Source: Octopus sinensis (lineage: Eukaryota). From it: DNA of 64,000 nt. Where the stretch lies: contig NC_043020.1 of the NCBI RefSeq assembly GCF_006345805.1, forward strand, positions 13,082,001-13,146,000, in the 5' to 3' direction. The position numbers were made by a program, and so were the translations under genes. Below, in pieces: positions 50,991-62,549 of the stretch; within the stretch, counting starts at the first letter, position 1, and every line of letters begins with the position of its first letter. Below the pieces are notes generated by a model. The model had not been told where the DNA came from and searched no databases. It worked only from the letters and a program-made list of their open reading frames with translations.

Positions 50991-51409
50991 ACAGCCTACT
51001 GTTAGATAATAGAACTAATGGTTTCCCAATTCTGCCTCCCAGCCATCTTTTTTCCATTTAAATAATTAAAACCTCTTGAATAACGAAGACACACAAAGAT
51101 GATGATCTTTTAAATGAAAATTAAAGAATGTTATCTTTTGATATTTCTTATTTTGTGTTCTTAAAATAATAATAAAAATTAAAAAAAAAAACAAGAAACG
51201 GCAAAACAAAACGAGAGAAAAACTATTTTGTTTCTTCGTTAAATTAATTCAGCCCTAGATTAGCGAGGCAGAAATAAAAGGTAATCATTGCTTCTGCTAT
51301 TCATGGTTGAGCGATCGACAGCTGTGAAATGAATGCTGAAACAATTCTGTTAAATGACCGGTCTTGAAGATTAATCTAAAATGTACTATTAGACTGGAAA
51401 TGTGTTAGT

Positions 51410-51496
51410 GTATATGCGTGTGTGTGTGTGTGTGTGTGGAGGGCGTGGTGAGGTGTACAGGTGTGATTGTGCATGTGTTTATATGTGCGTATATAT

Positions 51497-51542
<46 letters not shown>

Positions 51543-51552
51543 TATATATATA

Positions 51553-51597
<45 letters not shown>

Positions 51598-51925
51598 CAC
51601 ATGTGCATATATATATATATACACACACACATACATACACGTGCATATATATACATAAATATATGTACATACATATATATATGTGCATACATATATATGT
51701 GCATACATATATATGTGCATACATACATACATGTATATACATACATACATATATATACATACATATACATATATACATATATATATATATATGTATATAT
51801 ACATACATATATACATACATATACATACATATATATATACATACATACATATATATATATATATACACACACATATATATATATACATATATACATATGC
51901 TCACACACATTTTATATATATAATC
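51410..51925. repeat. Compound (TG)/(TA)/(CA)/(TACA) microsatellite
   Basis: Direct reading. Confidence 0.95.
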
Positions 51926-52227
51926 TGAGGATTGGGGGTCGCACATGTGTGGGCGTGCATGCATGTGTGCAAAGGTGTATATCTGTTAGTGTGTGTGTAT
52001 AAATATATATGTGCTTGAATATGTTAGTAACAAGATAACTAGAACCATGTTTTCTATTTATCTTGCCTCAGTGATAATTTTCCGTATATTCCATTCCCTC
52101 ACCCATATTTTCCGATAGAATCCAAACGCAATGTTTTTTAATGTCGTAATTGCTACAAGCAACAACAACTATTATATACACGAAACATTACACATAAATC
52201 CGACAACATACTTAACAGTGGCAATGA

Positions 52228-52284
<57 letters not shown>

Positions 52285-52319
52285 ACACACACACACACAA
52301 ACATATTTACATATATATG

Positions 52320-53025
52320 TCGAGGTGGTGAAGCACGACCTCCGAACTTTAGGTCTCACCGCGGAAATGACTAGAGACCAAGACCTATGGTAGTATGCTG
52401 TGCGTGAGAAGACCCGGCAGGACAAGTGAGACCATAACCCATGGCGTCTACCTGGGATGTAGCCAGTTCACTTATGCATGCCTTTCCTTCTTGGGACTCA
52501 AAACTCTACTTGTGAAGACCTGTTGAGGCAAGTGAGAATCAAAATCGAAATCAATCAACATCAATGGAAATTGTAGCTGTGATACCAGTGCCGGTGGCAC
52601 GTAAGCGAACCATCCGAACGTGGCTGTTGCCAGTGCCGCCCTGACAGGCCTCCGCGCCGGTGGCATGTAAAAAGCACCATCCGATCATGGCCGTTGCCAG
52701 CCTCGCCTGGCCTCCCTGCCGGTGGCTCGTAAAAAGCACCATCCGATCATGGCCGTTGCCAGCCTCGCCTGGCCTCCCTGCCGGTGGCTCGTAAAAAGCA
52801 CCATCCGATCATGGCCGTTTGCCAGCCTCGTCTGGCACCTGTGCCGGTGGCATGTAAAAAGCACCCACTACACTCATGGAGTGGTTGGCATTAGGAAGGG
52901 CATCCAGCCGTAGAAACATTGCCAGATCAGACTGGGCCTGGTGCAGCCTTCTGGCTTCCCAGACCTCAGTTGAACCGTCCAACCCATGCTAGCATGGAAA
53001 GCGGATGCTAAACAATGATGATGAT
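52320..53025 (+). mobile_element. RTE 3' end: last codons, 3' UTR with four ~60-bp subrepeats, D tail
   Basis: EVVKHDLRTLGLTAEMTRDQDLW*YAVREKTRQDK* runs continuously into D sequence and (GAT)n. Confidence 0.85.
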
Positions 53026-53544
53026 ATATATATATATCCAGTTGATGTATAATTGTATATACACCCTGTGGATATTTAAGACCTTACTCACTGTCTTATC
53101 TCGACATCCATGTCTTTCGCAGCAGTTTTAATAAAAAGGTCAATATCTTCCTAGAATCTATTTTATTGATGATCTTTCGACACATAAACAACTTCCATAA
53201 AAATGTCATATTAAAATTTATTTCCATAAATCTTTATCAATTTCCTTCAATCAAAATGCCATGAGCTTTCATAGTTAAGACATTGTTGACCAATCAATTT
53301 CACCTTTTCATATTTTCATCTCAACATTTCATTGCCGACTTACAACAATATTCTTTCTGTTCGTATTTGTGTTTTGTTTCCTTTCAGCCTATTTAATTAA
53401 AAAAAAAGTCATAATTCTTCAAACTGTTTATATTTTGAAAATGTCTTTTTAATTAATAACAGACATTATAATAACCAAAATGAGATAGAAAGAAGTGACA
53501 AGTCAATTGGGGAGTTTGTACCAAGGATCTATTGCTTTCCAAGA

Positions 53545-53965
53545 GACTTACTCTTTACTCTCTTTTACTCTTTTACTTGTTTCAGTCATTTGACTGCACC
53601 CATGCTGGAGCACCGCTTTTAATCGTGCAAATCGACCCCAGGACTTATTCTTTGTAAGCCCAGTACTTATTCTATCGATATCTTTTGCCGAACCGCCAAG
53701 TGATGGGGACGTAAACACACCAGCATCAGTTGTCAAGCAATGCTAGAGGGACAAACACAGACACACAAACACACACATACATATATATATTTACATATAT
53801 ACGACAGGCTTCTTTCAGCTTCCGTCTACCAAATCCACTCACAAGGCATTGGTCGGCCCGGGGCTATAGCAGAAGACACTTGCCCAAGATGCCACGCAGT
53901 GGGACTGAACCCGGAACCATGTGGTTGGTTAGCAAGCTACTTACCACACAGCCACTCCTGCGCCT
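53545..53965 (-). mobile_element. SINE A, young subfamily
   Basis: Full length. Confidence 0.9.
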
Positions 53966-54064
53966 GTTACTGTTTACGCTACAGAGCACATGCGATCTCT
54001 AGCATTGTAAATTATCTCCTGTATTTACACGAGGTCCATGGACTGAGTTTTGTTAGTGGGTCTT

Positions 54065-54365
54065 AATTAGATACTAATATTATAATCTGTGTGGTTTCAG
54101 ATTCAGTCCCAGTATGTGGCACTTTGGGCCAGAGTCTTTACTATAGAACCTATGCCTTGACTGAATTAGATACTAATATTATAATCTGTGTGGTTTCAGA
54201 TTCAGTCCCAGTATGTGGCACTTTGGGCCAGAGTCTTTACTATAGAACCTATGCCTTGACTGAATTAGATACTAATATTATAATCTGTGTGGTTTCAGAT
54301 TCAGTCCCAGTATGTGGCACTTTGGGCCAGAGTCTTTACTATAGAACCTATGCCTTGACTGAATT
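54065..54365 (+). repeat. 99-bp x3 tandem repeat derived from SINE A 5' region
   Basis: Unit contains ATTCAGTCCCAGTATGTGGCACTTTGGGC, a decayed B-box/body; identical 33-aa repeats in the ORF track. Confidence 0.9.
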
Positions 54366-54711
54366 TTGTAGACAGAAACAGTAGAAGCCTTTTGTGTGTG
54401 TGTATGATGGACTCTCCTGTTGAAGACGACATATAAGCATTCAGCTTCTGCTGAACATGCACAAATGATTTGTTTATTGGGATCAAATGCTTGTGATGCA
54501 CATTAGCTTACTCTCTCTACCAAATCAACGTTGTCTGGTCAGGTGCACAGTGAACCATGCGTCAGGTGTCGAGGTGATCGCAGAGCAATGCAAGAGGAAG
54601 TGTTTTGCTCTAGAAAACAATGCACCACCCGGCCTAGGAATTGAAATCACCATCTAGCAATCATGAGGCAACACCCTAACCACTAGACCATGAGTCCATC
54701 CATTCATCAGT

Positions 54712-54714
<3 letters not shown>

Positions 54715-54762
<48 letters not shown>

Positions 54763-54937
54763 GTGTATGTGTGTGTGTGTGTGTGTAGTATGTGTGTGTG
54801 TATGTATCTGTGTATGTATGCATGTATGTGTATGTATGTGTGCATGTATGTATATGTATGTATGCATGTATGTATATGTATGTATGCATGTATGTATATG
54901 TATGTATGTATGTTTGTGTATGCATGTATATGTATAT

Positions 54938-54980
<43 letters not shown>
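54715..54980. repeat. Compound (TA)/(TG)/(TATG) microsatellite
   Basis: Direct reading. Confidence 0.95.
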
Positions 54981-54983
<3 letters not shown>

Positions 54984-55331
54984 CTGTGTGTCTTTGTCAC
55001 CCACTACCAATGTTTGATAACTAGTGTTAGCTTGTTTCCATTCCCATAACTTAGCAGCTCAGCAAAATGCACCAATAGAATAAGTTCCAGACTTAAGAAA
55101 TAAGTACTGGGATCAACTTATTTTTTCTATACCATTTAAGTTAGTGCCCCAGCATGGCCACAGTCCAATGATTGAAATAAAAAATAATGGTAAAAGATAC
55201 AGTTATTTTAGCTGAATGAATCCAGACTCGTTAGCGGGGCTAAATTATCTACCAAAATTATCATCCATACATGGAGCACGTCTCAATCATTTACCCTAGG
55301 ATGCTGAATCAAGATTCATTCGTAGGCGTAA

Positions 55332-56419
55332 CCCTTTCGTTACTATATTTCTGACCAAAATACACCCCTTATGTGTTTCAATTAATTTCCAACATAATCA
55401 TAAATTTAGTCTGGTTTCATTAAACAACTATAACTTTTTTATTAATCAATATATTAATGTGATTTTTGGAAGATAATTTAATGAAATGTTCTCAACCAAT
55501 TCTATACTATAATTTTTGCCACAAAGTGACTCTAATTGCAGGTAGATACAGGTAAATTCAACAAAATATAAAATTATAAAAATTTTGTTCAAACATCGCT
55601 ATAGAAAATGGGTTATTAGCTAATATTCAATTGGGTATACAACAAAATTTTACGATACAATTTGTTATTCTGGGTAACTTTCTGATACCCATAATAATAT
55701 TTATGGCAAAATAGTCTTAATTTCATTTAAGGTTGTGGGAAACCACAAACTATCCCTTCTTTCGCTTTGTTTACATTTAGCGTAACGGTTCGTTTCCACA
55801 ATAATGATTTCAAATAGGCTCATTCGAAAAAGTAAAAAGAAATAGTCTAAGGCTTTACTCTTCTGGGAAAGTCTGTGGCTTGGTCCTGTTTCTTCAGAAA
55901 AATCACCGAAAGAAACAGTTTTTAAATTTTCACTCCATTCAGGTGCCAATTCATTTTTTTTATCGCTGTCGGAGCTCTCGGATTCACTGTTTTCACTTTC
56001 GGAAAATGAAACATCAGATTCATTATCAAATACCACGTGCTTTTTTTTTTTCAGTCATAGAGTTAGATTTATGAAGGTCTTCAGTAGAAAATCCTTCGAA
56101 TTCTGACTCGCTGCTTGATATAATGAAATTTGTATCCGTTTTTTGTCAGAATTACAAATTTTGAAAACACAATAGGAACAAATTTCAGAAAAAAATCTCC
56201 CAAAATTCACGGAATTAAAATTACACTTCGATCGTTGTACAAAACTATAGATGAACTGTTTACGAATTATAATCACTTGTTTTCACGAATGTACTAAAGA
56301 GATTTGCTCTGAAATTCTCATTTAAATATGAATAGGTAAATACGGGCGGGTTTGGGCGGCTTGGTCACATTAACCAAAATTTTTTTCGTGCAGCTTTGGG
56401 TGGTTTGGTAACAAAAGGG
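55332..56419 (-). mobile_element. Internally deleted piggyBac with transposase N-terminal fragment (56036-55701)
   Basis: TIRs CCCTTTCGTTAC / GTAACAAAAGGG; TTAA on the right, GTAA on the left; acidic N-terminus then FSEETGPS...ALDYFFLLF...IIVETNRYA...WFPTTLNEIK. Confidence 0.85.
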
Positions 56420-56569
56420 TTAAATTAATTACTATAATTATGGTAGTCTGTATTCTTTTTTTTTCCCCCCATCTCAAAAACATTTATAATATCTAATATT
56501 ATTTGTATTAAAATCCCAGTTTTTAATAATTTTGGATTATATTTTTTATTATTATAATTACACATTTTG

Positions 56570-57800
56570 TTAAGGCAGCAAGCTGGCAGAATCATTAGCA
56601 CACCAGGCAAAATGCTCAGTGGCATTTCGTCTGTTTTTATATTCTGAGTTCAAATTCCACTGGGGTCAACTTTGTCTTTCATCATCTTGAAGTTGATAAA
56701 ATAAGTACCAGTTGAGTACTGGGGTTAGTGTAATTGACTATCCTCCTGCCCCAAATTTCAGACCTTGTGCCTATAGTAGAAAGGATTATTATTATTGTTA
56801 TTTTTGATAAGGGATCGAGCTGGCAGAAACGTTAACACGCCAGCAAAATGCTTAGTGGTATTTCGTCTACCGTTACGTTCTGAGTTCAAATTCCGCCGAG
56901 GTCAACTTTGCCTGTCATCCTTTCAGGGTTGATAAATTAAGTACCAGTTACACACTGGGTTGATATAATCGACTTAATCCGTCTGTCTGTCCTTGTTTGT
57001 CTCCTCTGTGTTTAGCCCCTGTGGGTAGTAAAGAAATAGGTATTTCGTTTGCAGTTAGGTTCTGAGTTCAAATTCCGCCTTTCATCCTTTCGGGATTGAT
57101 AAATTAAGTGCCAGTTACACACTGGGGTTGATGTAATCGACTTATTCTGTTTGTCTGTCCTTGTTTGTCCCCTTTGTGTGTAGCCCCTTATGGGTAGTAA
57201 AGAAATAAGAATTGTTAGCACACCAGGCAAAACGCTTAGCGGCATTTTGCCCATCACTACGTTCTGGGTTCAGATTCCACTGAGGTCAACTTTGCCTTTC
57301 ATCCTTTCAGGGTTGATAAATTAAGTACCAGTTACACACTGGGTTGATATAATCGACTTAATCCGTCTGTCTGTCCTTGTTTGTCTCCTCTGTGTTTAGC
57401 CCCTGTGGGTAGTAAAGAAATAAGTATTTCGTTTGCAGTTAGGTTCTGAGTTCAAATTCCGCCTTTCATCCTTTCGGGATTGATAAATTAAGTGCCAGTT
57501 ACACACTGGGGTTGATGTAATCGACTTATTCTGTTTGTCTGTCCTTGTTTGTCCCCTTTGTGTGTAGCCCCTTATGGGTAGTAAAGAAATAAGAATTGTT
57601 AGCACACCAGGCAAAACACTTAGCAGCATTTTGCCTATCACTATGTTCTGAGTTCAGATTCCACTGAGGTCACCTTTGCCTTTCATCCTTTCGGGACCAA
57701 TAAAATGAGTATCAGTTTAGCACAGGGGTCAATGTAATCGACTTACCCACTCCTCCAAATTTCAGCCCTTCTGCCTATAGTAGAAAAGATTATTATTATT
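56570..57800 (+). mobile_element. C' monomer, then a SINE-C multimer with 384-bp higher-order period ending in a C' monomer with (ATT)n
   Basis: ORF-track repeats offset by 384 bp (57012 and 57396); both junction types present. Confidence 0.85.
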
Positions 57801-57945
57801 ATTGCTATTATTGATAGCACATGGCCTAGTGGTTGGTGTGTTGCACTCATGATCGCAAGATCGCAGTTTCAGTTTTTTGACTGGGTGGTATGTTGTGTTC
57901 TTGAGAAAGATGCTTCATTCTCATGCTGCTCTGCAATCACTTTAA

Positions 57946-58165
57946 CCCTTTCGTGACCAACCCGGCTGAAACCAGCTTTGGATCTGAGTACAAATGTCTT
58001 ATTTTCATAAGTTTTGAATTAAAATCTTTCATCAAACCTTAGTCACAATTTATGTTCCTAACACTAGCTGAATGATAACTAAATTATTTGGATAAATTCT
58101 TTGTTATATCTAAAATAATTGAAAGAAACACAGAGCATCTCAAAATAAATACAGTAACGAAAGGG
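57946..58165. mobile_element. piggyBac-type MITE (220 bp)
   Basis: TTAA|CCCTTTCGT...ACGAAAGGG|TTAA; same family as 45386-45591, opposite orientation. Confidence 0.9.
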
Positions 58166-58339
58166 TTAAAACCTGATGTGTGGTACACCGTGCACCTGTT
58201 CAGGTAACATTGATTGGATGGAGGGAGGGAGTTGATGTGCATTTGATCACTACAAATAGATTATTTCTGCAGTTTAAGTAAAAGCTGAACGCTTATGTTG
58301 TCTTTGACGGGAGAGTCCATCATCATCATCATTGTCGCT

Positions 58340-58630
58340 GATGCCAGCACCGCCTTGACTGGCTTCCGTGCCGGTGGCACGTAAAAAGCACCAATCTAAT
58401 CATGGCCATTGCCAGCTTCGCCTGGCACCTGTGCCGGTGGCACGTAAAAAGCACCCACTACACTCACGGAGTGGTTGGCGTTAGGAAGGGTATCCAGCTG
58501 TAGAAACTCAGCCAGATCAGACTGGAGCCTGGTGCAGCCTTCTGGCTTCCCAGATCCCTGGTCGAACCTTCCAACCCATGCTAGCATGGAGAACGGATGT
58601 TAAACGGTGATTATTATTATTATTATTATT
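58340..58630 (+). mobile_element. Family D
   Basis: Subrepeats plus GGCGTTAGGAAGGGTATCCAG...GTTAAACGGTGATTATT. Confidence 0.8.
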
Positions 58631-59737
58631 ATTATTTGCCCTTCATCCTTTTGTGGTGGGTTGATGTAATCAACTTACCTACTCCCCAAACATGCTGGTT
58701 TGGTGCCATTATTTTTGAAACCATTATTTTTATTATTTCTGATTGTGAGAAAACTGATAAACCCTGCTGTATTTTTTAGTTACTGTGCCTTAGGGCCCTA
58801 CTGGTAGGTATTTCAATAAATTTGAACAATGTCTAATGTGTTCTTTCAAATTTAAATGTGGATCTTGAGGTTCGCTCTCAACTCAACTATTTACTGTTTT
58901 GCTTGCACCACTCATCACCTCTTTGTGTATCCTCTTCACTTTTTATATTATTATTCTTCCTCCTTCTACTCTGAAATTACATTCTTTTCCTTGTTTTTGC
59001 TGGACCTGCTTAGACGTCATTCCATTCTAATACCTTGACTAAGTTGAGAAAAACCAAAAAAATAAACAACCAACCAACCTTAAACAACTTAGCCCTGTTA
59101 TAAAATTATGTTTACACCTCTGCCTTGTTAAGTGAAGCCACGGCTCCAATTCCCTCCATCTGTTCTTATTTCTCTTTTACTTCCTAAATACCTCACACTA
59201 AACCAAAATTCCAAATTACCTATAATCCCATTACATTTTGAAATTTTGTTTTTGCATTCTTTCTTTGTAGTAGATATTCCCCAAAATTTGAAACAAAAAC
59301 CAAAAAAAAAAACAAAAACAAAATAATAAACCCTAATTAAATTTAAGTAAATTCCACTTGTGAGAAGCATCTGTGTCTTAGGGCCTCGATATCTGTGACT
59401 GATGAAGGCTAATTAAAGAATGTGACTTTGTGCTCCTCACATATCTTCCAAACACCTAGGATTTCTTCGTAGAACCTCTTGGTATGTTAGTCTCATTTTC
59501 ACAGCATTAAAGACTTAAGATTTGTTGTCATCGCTAGTAATTAGTTGGGTTGCCATAAACAGACACAGTAAAACATTGTTGCTCAGAATAATAACCACAT
59601 GGGTTAAGAGTTCAAAACAAGCAGTTACTGTTACTATTAGGCTGTCTCCTAAGTCAGGACGGCTTTTTCCACATGTTCCAGTTTACCTAGCTGATATGAG
59701 GTTGCACTGTTCTGTATAAGCAAATAGTATTAAATTA

Positions 59738-59898
59738 GGTGCAGGGTGTGGCTGTGTGGTAAGAAGCTTGCTTCCCAACCACATGCTTCTGGGTTCAGTC
59801 CCACTGTGTGACACCTTGGGCAAGTGTCTTCTACTATAACCTCGGCTGACCAAATCTTTGTGAGTAGATTTGGTAGATGGAAACTGAAAGAAGTTTGC

Positions 59899-59934
<36 letters not shown>

Positions 59935-59950
59935 CTGAAACAAGGAAAAG
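59738..59950 (+). mobile_element. SINE A with internal deletion
   Basis: Head, body and (TG)n, then GACTGAAACAAG tail. Confidence 0.8.
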
Positions 59951-60552
59951 AGTAGAATACTAGATTAACTGGGGAATACTAAAATAGAAAACTTTGGCCT
60001 AGAAGTACTACAAATGTAAAATAGTTGGGGATGGACTTCTAAAGTTTTCAATTGTTAGCACTAGACATTTTGAAAAGTAATAAAGCTTATCATATGATAA
60101 AAGATTTATCGAAATAAATGTTCCCTTGACTTTTAAGATTTGTCATGCAAGCATTAAGTGGTTAATGACATACGATAGATTATCTTTCATATGATGTTAT
60201 TGATTAGCTCTTGGTCGGATTTGAATATGCCTGTGATCAGAGCCGAAAATCGACCATATAATTTATCACTATAAGCACTTGTCCCGAAGTAAGCCGACAG
60301 AAATTTTAAAAAATTCCGTTATTATCATATTGGCTCCAATTTCAGAGTTAATTCATAAGAATTTTCGGCATATTTGGCATTAGAATTTTTTTCTTTTGCT
60401 CTTGTTTATAAATTTAACCTTTAAAGGTATTTTTTAATATTCTGGCCATTGATAGAATTTTTTCGAAAAATTTTATCCTATATAAGATGTAAATATATAT
60501 ATATATATATACGAAAGAAGGTTTGAAAATGCAATTTAAAAGATGTTTATTT

Positions 60553-60593
60553 ACTTAACCGGTTTCACTCTTTGGAAAAAGATTGTCAAAAGT
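60553..60593 (-). ncRNA. Hammerhead-like motif with U3/A8 core
   Basis: Minus strand: ACTT-TTGACAA-TCTTT-TTCC-AAAGA-GT-GAA-ACCGGT-T-AAGT. Confidence 0.6.
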
Positions 60594-60729
60594 AACATAT
60601 AGAAGTTTGGTTGCGTTAATTATTGGTTGTTGCAAATTGCTACATTACATGTATATATACAGTCTTTGGTAACAGGGACATGTTAAGGACATAAAAAAGT
60701 ACAACAGTATGATGAGAATATAAAGAGGT

Positions 60730-60760
<31 letters not shown>

Positions 60761-60763
60761 CAA

Positions 60764-61254
60764 ATAAGAAAATGGAGGAGAACAATAGGTGGTTCATCAA
60801 CTTTTGGACATTAAAATGTTAACTTATTTATTAAACTGATAATTATAATAACATACATACATATAGCTTATTATTCTTTGTATATAAGATATAAAATATA
60901 GTTATATATAAGGATATCAGTAATTATAAAAAAACATGAATATAAATTGGTAAAATAACTTACAGCTGTTTCAGCCAATAGATAAAAGTACCTCATTGTG
61001 CCTATATTACTCAAGTTGATTGAAGTAATAGGCAGATGAATATGAGGTACTTGTATATATCTCTAGGCTTCGTCAGAGATTACAAAGTACAAAAGTTATA
61101 ATAATAAATATAAATATAAAATAAACAAAATACACACATTTGAATATATATATATATATATATATATAGATATAAATATTCATACATATATAGTTATAAC
61201 ATTTTAATGTCCAAAAGTTGATGAACCACCTATTGTTTTCCTCCATTTTCTTAT
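60764..61254. repeat. 56-bp inverted repeat (one mismatch) bracketing the long hammerhead module
   Basis: 60764-60819 versus 61199-61254. Confidence 0.9.
60957..61081 (-). ncRNA. Type I hammerhead-like ribozyme, canonical core, extended ~97-nt stem II
   Basis: Minus strand: ATCT-CTGACGA-AGCC...GGCT-GAA-ACAGCTGT-A-AGTT; internal 11-bp (60986-60996/61042-61052) and 7-bp (60999-61005/61028-61034) perfect stems. Confidence 0.75.
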
Positions 61255-62549
61255 ATGTGATATAAATTAATGGTAAAATATTTGTTTACCTTCACCCATT
61301 TAGTACACTAGGTAATGTAATTGCAATGCAATAAAAAAACACTTGTGTATTAATAATTGGGTATTCTACCAGCAGTATATTGGATAGATATTATCCCTTA
61401 GTGGGTTGGATTCACAACCCCTAACTTTCTTGGAGTTATATATGTTTGTGTGATGTCAAAGTTGACAGTTTACTTTCTTTCACCCTTTACTGGACTGTTT
61501 GTGTATTCTTTCCCATTTTAAGACAGTTGGTTCTGACTTGAGCATGATTTGGCTGCCATTTCTTGCAAGTCGTGTGGCCCTGTAGAGTCTTTCTCTCCTT
61601 GGTTTGTATATTCTGTTTGTATTAGGCAGTGGGAGCAAGAGGGAGAGAGAGAGAGATTAAATTGTTTATGAAATTTCTCAGTGTTTATTGATATCTGATT
61701 GCTTTGTGGTTTGTGGACTGCAGTGGTGGTGGTGGTGGTGGTGGTGGTGGTGGTGGTAGAGGTTGTAGTGGTGATGGATTTGTGCTGGCTGGACGTAGTC
61801 GACCTGTGTGAGCCGACAAACAACTAATTTGTCGGCAGCTCTTTGACAAAGAATGTTTGATTGTTCTTGATTTGAGTTGGCCAATTCTCTGCAATGTCTT
61901 CAGGTGAAACAAGTGAAGTTAAGAATCTCCGGGGATTGAAACCTTAATTGCATATTCATTAAGTTTTTGAAATTCTTAGATTGGAAATCCAATAAAATTT
62001 GAATAGAACATGACAGAAGGAACTTTGTGACTGTTTCTTAAAATCTCTGCTGATTGCAAAAGGAACTTTGGTTGAGAACTTCATGTAAATTTCTAATGAA
62101 GAACTTTTCCCCAAAGTCTAGTTTACCATTTCCTAAACAATCTGATTTGTTGAAATATTTGAAGAAGAATGATTGATTAAAAGAGTCGAAGTGAGACGAA
62201 AGCTGGGTGTGGATTGATTTAGTGGTTTTAGCAATGTTGTTGCTGTTATGCTGACCGTCCAGATTAGGACATTTGTTCTGGTTTAAGTATTTCTTCAATT
62301 AGAATAAATCTGAAGAAATCAATAATGAAATTATTTGATACCTTAATAAAAGGAGGTGAAGGGAAAACAGAAAAGAAATGAAGTGGTTTTGTGATAATTA
62401 ATTAGTCGTTAGGCGAACTTCTTTCAGGTAAGGCTTTGTTTTTGTAAAAGTTGTGTGTTTAGAGTGAGTTGGTTTGGTGTCGCCAAGAGAGAGACACAGA
62501 AAATACTCTTCTACCAATTATTGACTTAGCTAAGCATGACAAATCTAAG

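Noticed and set aside
52131-52230. IHETLHINP as a GIY-YIG C-terminal motif
   Set aside because: Too short, with no supporting upstream motifs
59399-59410. CTGATGAAGGCT, hammerhead-like 5' core
   Set aside because: No stem II partner or GAAA follows
61518-61912. Poly-His/Thr/Pro ORFs
   Set aside because: Driven by a (GGT)n tract in all three frames; no recognisable domain
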